Source of the DNA: Octopus bimaculoides
Lineage: Eukaryota
Length of the DNA stretch: 39,217 nt
NCBI RefSeq assembly: GCF_001194135.2
Contig: NC_068984.1
Location: 12,321,431 to 12,360,647 of the forward strand
Direction: 5' to 3'
Every line of letters begins with the position of its first letter. Within the stretch, counting starts at the first letter, position 1. Under the pieces are notes generated by a model. That model searched no databases. It saw nothing but the letters and a program-made list of their open reading frames with translations, and was not told where the DNA came from. Below, in pieces: positions 10,411 through 19,568 of this stretch. The position numbers were made by a program, and so were the translations under genes.

Positions 10411-13281
10411 CTGTGCATGTTTGCCCCCCCCCCACCATCACTTGACATCTGATGTTAGTGTGTTTACGTCCCTGTAACTTAGTGGTTCGGCAAAAGAGAC
10501 TGACAGAATAAGTACTAGGCTTATAAAGAATAAGTTCTGGTGTCGATTAGTTCGACTAAAGGTGGTGCTCCAGCATGGCCACAGTCAAATGACTGAAATG
10601 AGTAAAAGAATATATTAACTTGGAAACCACGAATCTTTGTTTTCAAATAATTCTGTTATTGTTTATTTCAGACGGAAGCAGACATGTTGGAGAAATGTAC
10701 TGCTCAGTTCAAAAAAATTGTAGAAATTATTTTAGCAAGACATGGAAATGTAAGTTTCTTCTATGAATTTTCATTATTAATGCGTTTGTTGTTGCTACTA
10801 AGATTAATATTACTTAATAACAAACTTATTTTATTGAGCTCTTTACTTTTCACTGTTGTTGAACCCCTGATCAGCTCAGATCTAGCAGACCTCTTTGTTT
10901 GGTTTCACCACCATCACTCAGCGTACGTCTTCCATGTTGGCATGGGTGATTCCATGTTGGCATGGGTGAGACAGTTTGACAGGAGCTGGCAAGCCAGAGG
11001 ACTGCACCAAGCTCCGGTGTTTTGACATGATTTTTACATTTTGATGCTTTTCCTTATGCCAATCACTTTACAGAGTAGGCTGGGTGTGGCCGGATACCTT
11101 TCCTCATGCTAACCACTTTACAGAGTGTATTGGGTATATTTCGTATTCACCAGTAGCTTGCAAAACAAGATGCCTTGATTGAGGAGGGTATGATAGTCAG
11201 GGAGGTGGTTTATGCCAGAAGAAGAGGAACAGGTGTCTTGCAGTAGAGGAGATATGTGGCTACCACATCTGGAAAAGGAGAGATGGTATTGTGGAGATGT
11301 GATGATGAACTCCTAAGGTACAAGAGGGTGGAAGTGAGGAAGACGGGGACAGAGGAACAGGTGATGGGTATAGAGACAACAGATCAGATAAATTTGCGAG
11401 CAACAGAAGATTAGATGAGGGCTATACAGATATAAGTAATAATGCAAGGCGTCTTGTCTTGCAAGGTGTTTACCAACGTCACTTGCTTATTTTTTACACT
11501 GATGTAAAATGTTTTGTATGGTGAAAAACTTTTTATTTTCTTCCAGAAAATTGTTGATCAACAGTTGGATGTCCAACGTATTGCAGACATTGCTATCGAT
11601 TTATATGCCATGACATCGTGTATTGCCCGTGCATCTCGTTCCTATTCCATTGGCTTGCGTAATGCTGACCATGAGGTATAGTAAGACAGTTTTCTTGTTT
11701 CAATATCTAAGATGACAAAAATTCAGTTTTTTTCAAATATTTTTTTTCACATTGTTAATGGTTTTCAACAATAGTTGTGTTCTTGGTAAAAGATTTTTTT
11801 TGGTATTAATGCATAAATAATTGGTTTCATAAATTATTACTAAAACCCAATGAGGAGTTCAATATAATTAGAAATTGAATGAAAAACATTGGCCCTTTTC
11901 TTGGATTACGCAAGAGGAAGGGTATAATTAACTGAATGAAACCCTGCTCTATCAACACAGAAATGCTACATGGTGTTCCTAGATGAAAGCTGGTTTTGGT
12001 GGGTTCTGAAATCAGAACTAAAGTACGCTCTGACTTAAAACCAGCTAGTGTCTGTTCAGATGTCTAAACCACTCAAATGAAATTGTGGGTGAACTTTGTA
12101 GGAGTTTTATGTTTGTGTAGAACTTATTCACACACAATTTGTTGGTTGAGGCTATAAAAAGGCTCTGACTGATTGGTATGAAGTCGCTCACCATTCTCTG
12201 GTCTCCTCAGGGGTAAAAATGAAATATTAGGGGATAATGAGGACTCATTAGACAAGTAAAATTACATAAAACCATGTTCCTTGTTACAACAGGAAATTTT
12301 CTTCTGGCAATACTGCATCTATCCAATCTAATGGACGTGCAAATAGATTCAAGAAATCTTTTGAATTTAAAGAATCTATGATTCTCTTCCCTTCTGATCA
12401 AGGGGGTAAATATATATATATTTGGGGTAATTGGTTAAAAAGCCCCCCAACTCTGGGTCTAATGTATTTCATAAGGTTATGTACTGAATGATGTAGTAAA
12501 AAAAAATTCTCAACCAATTTAAATTTCCCTTTTCGAGAAGCATAACCCCCAGTGAAAACCTTTAGCAATTCTCATGTAGAAGAGTATAGGTAATTATGAC
12601 ATTACGAATTAATCCCACAAAACTAATTTACAAGCTTAAGAGAAAATCTGCAGACAAAAGAGGGAGGTTTAAATAATTTTGCCTCACTGTGGAACCCATT
12701 GGAATAGTACAGTATATCTTGCTATCAAAGGGGGCAGAAAAAAAACAAAACTATTAATTTGCCTAATTAAAAAGGAGACAGGGAAATATCTCAAGTGGTC
12801 TGTTCAGACAAATTGCAGGATTAAAAAAAAAAAAAAAAAAAATCCAGGTTGGAGAATTGGGATTGTGCTTTGTGGAGATAAGTCACAATGAAATAAAATT
12901 TTAAGTTGGTACACAGAAATAGCCTAAAAATATTGAAGAACCTAAAGCATTTATTTCATTAGCTAAACATTTTTTTAGGTAATCATAATTAAATGCACTG
13001 AATTTTCCTTATTGCAGATAACAATAACAAAAACATTCTGTGCTCATGCCAGCCAAAGAATCGGTAACAAAGTGCAAGAATTAAGTGTGGGTGAGTATAC
13101 CCCCCCCCAATTCTATAAGAAAAAAAAAACAAACAAAATTTCTCATTTTGATGGTTTTAACCTTCTCTTATTTTGTACAGGAAGCGTTATGAATTATGAT
13201 GAGAACCTGAGACAGATATCAGACCGAATAATCAGTGCACGTGGATATGCTGCTGAACATCCCTTGACTCGCAACTGGTAA
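897..13281 (+). CDS. ACAD9: ACAD9 (complex I assembly factor / acyl-CoA dehydrogenase 9), 3' part: join(897..1016,3247..3375,5677..5756,7795..7921,10672..10749,11547..11675,13018..13090,13181..13281); 5' exons lie upstream of the window
   Basis: Eight GT-AG exons join in frame to [22 protein letters not shown]...[32 protein letters not shown]|[19 protein letters not shown]...VHPSLK...[16 protein letters not shown]...[12 protein letters not shown]. Motifs [16 protein letters not shown], LTGLxHAG, VHPSL, IGLRNxDHE and C-terminal HPLxR fit ACAD9 better than ACADVL (recalled human sequences). Catalytic Glu in IFEGT is retained. Confidence 0.95.
1191..1557 (+). mobile_element. tRNA-derived CORE-type SINE (octopus OR-like), diverged
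   Basis: ATAGGTGCAG..TGGCTGTGTGG head, degenerate core, ..CAGCATGGCTGCAG..TGACTGAAACAAG tail; homologous to 26872-27278. Confidence 0.8.
1929..2142. mobile_element. hAT-like MITE
   Basis: 13-bp perfect TIRs CACTAGCGTAGCT/AGCTACGCTAGTG; 8-bp TSD atttcaac/attccaac (7/8). Confidence 0.85.
2809..3219 (-). mobile_element. RTE-type LINE 3' UTR and tail, reverse orientation
   Basis: Begins with (CAT)n; reverse complement closely matches 1-231, then tandem 3' UTR subrepeats. Confidence 0.85.
3247..3375 (+). CDS. ACAD9: ACAD9 exon, 129 nt
   Basis: tttcag|ATA TTC ... TTT GAA|gtaagt; [43 protein letters not shown]. Confidence 0.95.
3584..3810. mobile_element. hAT-like MITE fragment
   Basis: Starts CAGTGTTTCTCAAC, same end type as 29154-29479; right TIR not found. 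Confidence 0.45.
4726..4764. repeat. (GA)n microsatellite
   Basis: Direct reading. Confidence 0.95.
4800..5186. other. Assembly gap (others at 6728-6756, 23449-23458, 32798-33057)
   Basis: Runs of N. Confidence 1.
5677..5756 (+). CDS. ACAD9: ACAD9 exon, 80 nt
   Basis: ttctag|GGA ACC AAT GAA ... ATC AA|gtgact; [26 protein letters not shown](K). Confidence 0.93.
6212..6460 (+). mobile_element. Helentron/HINE-like non-autonomous element, 3' part
   Basis: Ends in a 12-bp perfect hairpin TACCTCTGCCTT-tgct-AAGGCAGAGGTA (6428-6455); family assignment from recall, 5' boundary uncertain. Confidence 0.5.
6577..6996 (+). mobile_element. OR-like CORE SINE with internal deletion of B box and core
   Basis: Matches 26872-27278 but jumps from CCACATGGT to GTCTTCTAC; central (TA)n contains a gap. 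Confidence 0.9.
7795..7921 (+). CDS. ACAD9: ACAD9 exon, 127 nt
   Basis: tttcag|G AAA TTA ... TTG AAG|gttgtc (weak donor but frame-consistent); [42 protein letters not shown]. Confidence 0.9.
10214..10611 (+). mobile_element. OR-like CORE SINE
   Basis: Head, GGCACCTTGAGCGAGTG core, (TA)n and tail all present. Confidence 0.9.
10672..10749 (+). CDS. ACAD9: ACAD9 exon, 78 nt
   Basis: tttcag|ACG GAA ... GGA AAT|gtaagt; [26 protein letters not shown]. Confidence 0.92.
10905..11150 (-). mobile_element. Degenerate RTE tail, reverse orientation
   Basis: ttccatgttggcatggg...gatgcttttccttatgccaatcac matches the reverse tail; contains a 20-bp tandem duplication. Confidence 0.7.
11547..11675 (+). CDS. 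ACAD9: ACAD9 exon, 129 nt
   Basis: ttccag|AAA ATT ... CAT GAG|gtatag; [43 protein letters not shown]. Confidence 0.95.
13018..13090 (+). CDS. ACAD9: ACAD9 penultimate exon, 73 nt
   Basis: ttgcag|ATA ACA ... GTG G|gtgagt; [24 protein letters not shown](G). Confidence 0.88.
13181..13281 (+). CDS. ACAD9: ACAD9 last coding exon
   Basis: tgtacag|GA AGC ... AAC TGG TAA; [32 protein letters not shown]. Confidence 0.92.
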
Positions 13282-13340
13282 CAGTGGCATGAAGTTCTAT
13301 TCATCGTGAACCAGAGTTGTCTGTATGTGTATATATATTA

Positions 13341-13346
13341 AATAAA
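13341..13346 (+). terminator. Candidate polyadenylation signal of ACAD9
   Basis: AATAAA 60 nt after the stop codon. Confidence 0.5.
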
Positions 13347-14160
13347 GAAAGGTTATCTTCTATAAAAGTTTTGTCAATCTATACACCATTGGTTTGCAAT
13401 GTAAGTCAAATGCTCTGACTTAACCAGAAAAAAGAAGTGCAAGTTAAAACATACAATTTGGCTTCTGTATTCTTGGTAGAAAAACACAGCTGGGTCAATG
13501 TTATAGAATGTGGACTAGCACTAAGGATTGCCAAAAGTAAACGAAGGGCCATGCTCAACAAATGAATGGAAGCTACTGGACTATTAAATACCAGCAAAAT
13601 AACGCACTCGGTTCACATCAAGGCACCCATCAAACACGTGTAATCAGAGAAATTGAAAATCTAAAAAATTGCCTCCCTTACAAATTGAGTTTATGGAAAT
13701 ACTTTCAGAAAGTTCAAACATTTTACAGCAACCGTGTTTTTAGTTATACTTGCTGAATTGGGAGGAACAGAGCTGGCAATTGCTGCAGGTCTTCCGAGGA
13801 CAATTAGCTTGATGCCATTAATACTCAGTTAACAGGTCAAAACCAGCAGGAAAGCATGGGAATCCCAGAAGATATGGGGCCTAGAGAGAAAGGACTGAAC
13901 GCAATAATAGCAATAAAGTGGAGATACAAGTGAGCAGGAGTGCCTTAGTTGTGAAGGTAAGATTCTAGGCAGATCAGAGGAACAATACAGCAGTGAGAAA
14001 CATTGTTGATGGGAGACTGAAATATTTACCAAACAAAGTCTTTAGTGTACCCGATCTGATGCTGACTAAATTTTACAATGGAAGGGTGCAACGAGATGGC
14101 CACCTCTAACAGGGCTTCAAATAATTAAAAACAAACACAAGCAAACCATTTGAAATTTTG

Positions 14161-14166
14161 TTTATT
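14161..14166 (-). terminator. Polyadenylation signal of RPL18A
   Basis: tttatt on + strand = AATAAA on -, 30 nt after the stop; short 3' UTR as usual for ribosomal protein mRNAs. Confidence 0.7.
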
Positions 14167-14195
14167 GTACACAATCAGCTCAATCTCTGAACAGA

Positions 14196-14288
14196 TTAGA
14201 AATTAGTGTATGGTCTCCTAGTAGTGAATTTAGGATTTTGTAAGTTCCTTTCCACGCGATGAGGCAATGGGAAGCGGATTTTGGCATT
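14196..14288 (-). CDS. RPL18A: RPL18A exon 5
   Basis: ttttgcag|AAT GCC AAA ... TTC TAA. Confidence 0.97.
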   Translation of the reverse strand, partial: NAKIRFPLPHRVERNLQNPKFTTRRPYTNF

Positions 14289-17200
14289 CTGCAAAAGAAA
14301 AGACAAACATAAGATGCTTTGCAAACATATAAGTCAAGCATTGACACAACCATTTATTCATTCCCTAGATCCTCACAAAAGGCTGAAGTAGATTACACAC
14401 ACACACACTTCTGACAGAAATATCACGTCCAACAAATGGTTAGAATGCATCCCACCCAACCACCCACCAAAATCGTTTAATAAATAATCAAATTTCACTT
14501 ACATGGAACTGCTTAATGTAAGCTCTTCTGCATTTCTTGGCTGGCACAGTTTCCACTCTAATGATTTGGATAGCTGAAGGCCTGGCACGATGCCTAGCTC
14601 CCATATCACGGTCTAAAGGCAGAAATAAATCATTATTTAATTTCAATAAATAGAATATACGAGCTTTAATCTTCAAAACAGATCAACCAAAAACCCCCGT
14701 AGTTTGACCACTAACATTAGGAAAAGAATCTCCACTTACAATCAATGTATTTAACATTTTTCAAACTAAGTAACAAACTCCACAATTGTTTCAGAAAATC
14801 ACCTTTTTGATATCCATTTTGCAAGCCACAATGGATTTTATGGCTGGATGTCTTTCACCATGCCAACCATGCAAGTGTTCTTTTTGTTTTGTGACACTGG
14901 CATTAGCAAGGTCACTAACATGCATGACAAAATTTCCTCAACTGAACAAGTGTTTGAAAGGAAGAGATGTGGCCTCATGCGAGGTGTTTTGTTATAGAAA
15001 CAAAAATGGTGGTGACTAGGTGCCAGGGTGTAAGAAACAGGTGTGGTGATAAACTGAATGTAACACAAGTAAACAGTCAATGGAAGGTATTGGACCCCCA
15101 TTTGAGACATTCACAGATAATAGAAAAACAATGTCATAGCCATTAATCCTTTTGGTCTACAGCAGTGACCAAAATCGAACAGCTATATTACTATTGCACA
15201 CATTTCTGACACAGGGAAATAGAAAGAAATCCCCATGTAAACGGTTAGAGTGCATGAATCCCACCCACAAGACCCTAAATTAAAATAGGTCAGCGACCAA
15301 AGTACTTGCAATGCTGGAGAAAAAAAAAAAACTGTCATGTAGTGGGTTACAAATTTAGTGATAGGACAGAAACCACTAATATCAGAATTATCCTGTTGAA
15401 ATATTTGCAAAAACTAACTAAAGTAATTCTTCGAAATGGGGTCACAACAGGTGTGTATATGTTAAAGGTAGTCAATGTTTAATCTATTGTAGAATGCATA
15501 TTCTAGAAAGTTTAGAATTAACTAATAAAGGAAGTCCTGAAGGCCAACACCTACACCAGCTAGAATTCAATATCTCTGATTAATAATTCACCATCTTCAA
15601 CCTCATTAGTCATATTGGATAGGCTAAATAAATAAAAAATTGCTGTAACTAGAAAAAGGAATTCCTAAGTGAGCAACAATTGCAAAATATTAAGACCAAA
15701 CCACTTTCAGCCAATGTCTTTCAACTCACACCAGCATGGAAAACATGCTTATTATACCAAAGAATATTACAACAGTAACTACTCTTCACTACAGCTGTTT
15801 CTGAACAGAAAGAACTAAGAGGTAATTAAACTGAAAATCAAGCTCTTTGTTACCATATTTCTGCTGAAGGGCACTGCCCGTGTTTGAATTTTGATGCAAA
15901 GTTATCATTCAGACATTTACCACAGAAAGAGACTGCACCAATCGAGTTAGTATCAAGAGATACCACTTAAATGACCAGGAAGAGATGGGTTTGAGGAACA
16001 TTTAAGCCATAACAACAGTATCAAACACAAGGAAGAAAGAGCATGTATCTAAGGTACCCACAAAATGGACTGGTGTTCACTGACCAATTGAAAACAATTC
16101 TTGAACACCACCAGGACAGTAACAATTAACAAAGAAGATATTTGCATTACATTCAAGACAAACTTCAGAAAAGCAATGTGTTATTAAGGAAAAGGCTAGG
16201 CAAAGGGTAAATTAACCGACCAGATCCCTAGACCAGGATGATACAATCCTAACCTGCTCCTCACCCTTCAGACTGATCAAGATATGGATAAGTACAATGT
16301 TTATCGAAAACAAATACTGAATAGTGCACAAAACTGCAAAGTCACTGATATTTCTCCAGAGCACAAACCAACTAAAAACACGCACATACATACATATGTA
16401 TATATATACTTACAGCACTGAGTCACAGCTCCAGCAGCAGTGAGATCACGGTATTCTTTGTACATGTTGTGGATTCCACTTCGAGATTGATAACGGAGCC
16501 AGATGCCATAATTCTTTATGGTCCCAGGTTTTCTTTCAAAAATCTAACAATAAATTTTAATACAAAATATAAAAAGACATTTAACAATCAAATTGTCATC
16601 TGACAGACATCAACCACCAAAACATCATCTTTCCTACTGATAGAAACACATAGTGAGTCAGATATTCCCATGGAATAAAAAAAGTCCATATACCCTTTCT
16701 AATACTTCTTTCAATCAGGCTCAAGGCCAGGAATTTTGAGGGGAGGGTGTCAGTCAACTACATCACCAGTACTTAAGAGATGAAAGGCAAAGCCGACTTC
16801 AGAATGTGAAGGGCCAAAACAAATATTGCTAGGTAGTTCTTAAGCTCAAATGATTCTATAAATCCACCACCCTTGCTATTCAGACCTACCATTTCATACA
16901 CATCATGTCACTGGGCTTTGATAAGATTATTGACTAAGCATGCTCGGAACCAGAGTATTTACCAATATCAAATTATAATTCAGATTTCAAAACTGGACAA
17001 CGACCATAAAACTAAATTTTTTCAACACTCTTGGAATGCTGGTTTCCTACCCAATAAGCAATGGACAGGGCTAATAGACATGACTATCTTGTGTAAAGGG
17101 AAAAAGACATAGTTAAGCAAATGAATTAACCAGCTTAGTCAAATGCTGATACAACACAGACATTGAGATAACTTTATTCCAACATCTGAATCACCTGTTT

Positions 17201-19553
17201 TTGCTTATCCTATATCCACTTCACCACACCAGCATGGATTAGATGATTGTTATTCTGGCTTTGTATTACAGTCGGATGTCCTTCCTGACACTAATCATTA
17301 ATTGTCTTTCAAGTAAGGGATCTCACAAGGCTCTGAAGTAAATGACACACAAACACCATTATTACCAGAATGTTTTAACTTTATCCAGTATCAATACAAT
17401 TATCTCTAATCACATCTACAAATACTAAGTTACTGTACTGTCTCTTGCACACTCCGTCTGTAAAGTTACCATGGAAATAAAGTCACACAAGTACATCTAC
17501 CACAAAGCTGTGCAGTATATAAATAAGTAGCTTCCACTTCAAATAGAATCAAACTTTTATTATTTAATTACATTGCACGATGAATATATTTGAAACTTCC
17601 TCAATAGAAATATAGCTATGCATGTGATATATTATAAGGGGAAAAGTGATTAGATTTGCACTGCTATTTCTAGCAGGGCGTGTGACTACAAAGACTGATG
17701 GAAGGGAAAAGTACTAAACAATTGTATTCAATCCCATAAACCTGGAACATAGAAATACAAGCTTCAACAACAATAAATTGCCGAGTTTAAGGATATGTGC
17801 ATATACTGCAGTTAAAGAGAAAGTCGTGCGAAAAACAGTGAAACGTTGTGATATTGAGTAAAGGCGTTACAAAATGCTTACTATAGTGGCTGCATTCTAA
17901 GGGAGCCAATAATTTAATACATCACGTTTTTACTCCTGATGGTTTAAAATGATTTTGAGGCACCTAAATGTGCCTTCTTTTCTCCTTAATACAACAAAAA
18001 TGTATACCTTTTTTCTTTTCGCAACTTACTGCAGTGAATATTTCATGTGATCACACCCCATCTTTTCGTAATTACACCGCTTCCTCCCATTTATCACTGG
18101 ATGATCAACATGCTATCTTTCTTTGGCACATGGCCTTTGGGTACTACTCAAATACAGAGGTCCCTAAAAACCCTAACGCTACAGGACCTCTGTATTTAAG
18201 CGCCGGCCTTTGTCCATGAAGAATCTTCCTCGAGAAAATAACTTTGCTTAATGAACTGTTGGTACTAAGGAAACGACAAAAACGTATCTCTTCACCAATA
18301 ATACAATATTAAATCCATTAAAAAAAACACAGCTATAGAGAGTGGTCGAAAGATGAGAGGTTAAAAAAAATTCTAAAAACTAGAAGGCGTGTAGTAGTCA
18401 TCCGCTACACTGTATAGTGCTTCTTAAACTGTCGTAAACCTTAATTTGTATTCGTGAGTTTAATCAGTAAAAAACATTTTCAATATTTAGTAGGGTATTT
18501 TATTATACCCGCCTAATGAGACGGGTGTAAATAGTAACGAAATTCATTGGGGGTGGGGGTGGGGAAGCATGGAATTGAAGAGGTATAGGAGAAACAAAAT
18601 GTAAAACTTTCGGGACAGAAATCACTATATAAAGAAAACCAGTTTCTTGTCCCTTTCGTTTCCCATGACGTAGTGACTAGCGTTAACGGAAGAGCAATAA
18701 ATTTTCTCTTTTACTTCATCTCCCATCTGCAGCGAATTTAAAGCGATTGACATTTCTGCTTTTTTTGCAAAAACTTACCTTGTGGCAACAAACAATTTCT
18801 CCTCTGCTCTTCTTTAATTTCCTAAGTTGACTGGCAAAATACCAAAATCTTGACTTAGCACTGCATGGTTCAGATGCAAATATTCTCATCTGAAACAGTG
18901 GTGGAATCGGACATTTCTCTGTCGGTAATTCTCGCCCGATTATTTTATATTCGTTCAACTGTAATCAGAAATAAAATTAAAAAGAACCGTAAATTACAAT
19001 CTTAACAATGCGGCATAAAACAAAACTACTTTGCTTCGTGGGTGTATCAACCTAATTCAATCCCATAAATGCGTTAACTTAAGAGTGAAACGACCAGGTT
19101 GAATTTATTGTAGCACAATTTTTCTGACGTCAACAATATAGAACTGTTGAGTAAAGGGACATGTGCATAGGGGAAACGACCGATAGAAAATATGGTTAAT
19201 TGCACATTAATAACAGCAAGGCTATGGTTAAATAAGAAATAAAACACGTAAGACTAATGTATAGGTTTGGGAATATCACAGAGCATTTCTCGTAAATATA
19301 CATTTTTCCTTCTGAATATTTGGAACCATTCTGCCATGTGGCTACAGCGCCATTTTGACTAAGGAACCGCGAGAAAACCAAGTAATTTATCACTAATTGT
19401 TCATCTTCACAATATTTACTGCATAACAGATGAGCAGAAGTGATTAATTAATCTTCATTTGTTCCATTAAAAGTATATTTAAAGAGGGAAACGTAGAAAA
19501 TAAAGCAGAAAAGAAGTATTTTTCGAGGAGATTACCTGACCACGGGCTCTCAT
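14196..19553 (-). CDS. RPL18A: 60S ribosomal protein L18a (eL20), complete: complement(join(14196..14288,14503..14612,16414..16543,18779..18958,19536..19553)), 176 aa
   Basis: Exons of 18+180+130+110+93 nt = 531 nt: MRARGQ|[60 protein letters not shown]|[43 protein letters not shown]|[37 protein letters not shown]|[30 protein letters not shown]. Diagnostic AKSRFWYF, GIWLRYxSRSG, [10 protein letters not shown]. Confidence 0.99.
14503..14612 (-). CDS. RPL18A: RPL18A exon 4
   Basis: ctttag|AC CGT GAT ... TTC CAT|gtaagt. Confidence 0.98.
15129..15256 (-). ncRNA. Candidate box H/ACA snoRNA in RPL18A intron 3
   Basis: Minus strand: TGCAC-[TCTAACCGTTT]-ACATGGGGA..TCCCTGTGT-[CAGAAATGT]-GTGCA, H box ATAGTA, then TATAGC-[TGTTCGA]-TTTTGGTC..GACCAAAA-[GGATTAATG]-GCTATG, then ACA+3 nt. 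About 128 nt, sense to host gene, pocket tops 14 and 15 nt from the boxes. Confidence 0.8.
16414..16543 (-). CDS. RPL18A: RPL18A exon 3
   Basis: tgttag|ATT TTT GAA ... TGC T|gtaagt. Confidence 0.98.
18043..18216 (-). ncRNA. Structured two-hairpin island in RPL18A intron 2, class unresolved (pre-miRNA-like or atypical H/ACA)
   Basis: 14-bp perfect stem AAATACAGAGGTCC/GGACCTCTGTATTT, extendable to about 18 bp with G-U pairs; second hairpin closed by CATGT(T)GATCA/TGATCACATG; possible H boxes (AAAGAA, ATAGCA) and an ACA near the end, but no canonical pockets. Confidence 0.3.
18779..18958 (-). CDS. RPL18A: RPL18A exon 2
   Basis: attacag|TTG AAC GAA ... CAC AAG|gtaagt. Confidence 0.98.
19040..19168 (-). 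ncRNA. Candidate box H/ACA snoRNA in RPL18A intron 1
   Basis: Minus strand: GCACA-[TGTCCCTTT]-AC-TCAACAG..TTGTTGA-C-GT-[CAGAAAAAT]-TGTGC, H box ACAATA, TCAACCT-[GGTCGTTTCA]-CTCTTAAGT..ATTTATGGG-[ATTGAATT]-AGGTTGA, ACA+3 nt. About 129 nt, ending about 80 nt before the acceptor; both pockets fit recalled conserved rRNA sites at canonical spacing. Confidence 0.8.
19536..19553 (-). CDS. RPL18A: RPL18A exon 1 coding part (MRARGQ)
   Basis: gtcaagATG AGA GCC CGT GGT CAG|gtaatc; six codons as in human MKASGT. Confidence 0.92.
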
Positions 19554-19568
19554 CTTGACGGGTGATGT

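Noticed and set aside
10684-11025. 113-aa ORF
   Set aside because: It is an ACAD9 exon reading on through a canonical gtaagt donor into intron and repeat sequence.
14300-14460. GU-repeat-containing stem in RPL18A intron 4, considered as a C/D scaRNA
   Set aside because: No CTGA D box or RTGATGA C box on the sense strand; the stems are short and AT-rich.
15844-15939. Possible H/ACA RNA in RPL18A intron 3 (GGTGCA..TGCATC...ACA)
   Set aside because: No ANANNA H box, only about 96 nt, and the second hairpin does not close.
16071-16110. 9-bp perfect stem TGGTGTTCA/TGAACACCA with an inner hairpin
   Set aside because: Isolated, with no snoRNA boxes at usable spacing; compatible with chance in 39 kb.
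17368-17514. Weak H/ACA-like arrangement in RPL18A intron 2 (TGCAC..GTGCA, ACAGTA, ACA)
   Set aside because: Pockets are very asymmetric, upper stems rely on G-U pairs in AT-rich sequence, and no rRNA fit was found; worth a cmscan but not a call.
18160-18180. AACCCTAAC in the hairpin loop as a telomerase RNA template
   Set aside because: The template-like word is on the + strand while the H/ACA-like boxes are on the - strand; no pseudoknot or CR4/5 domain was seen.
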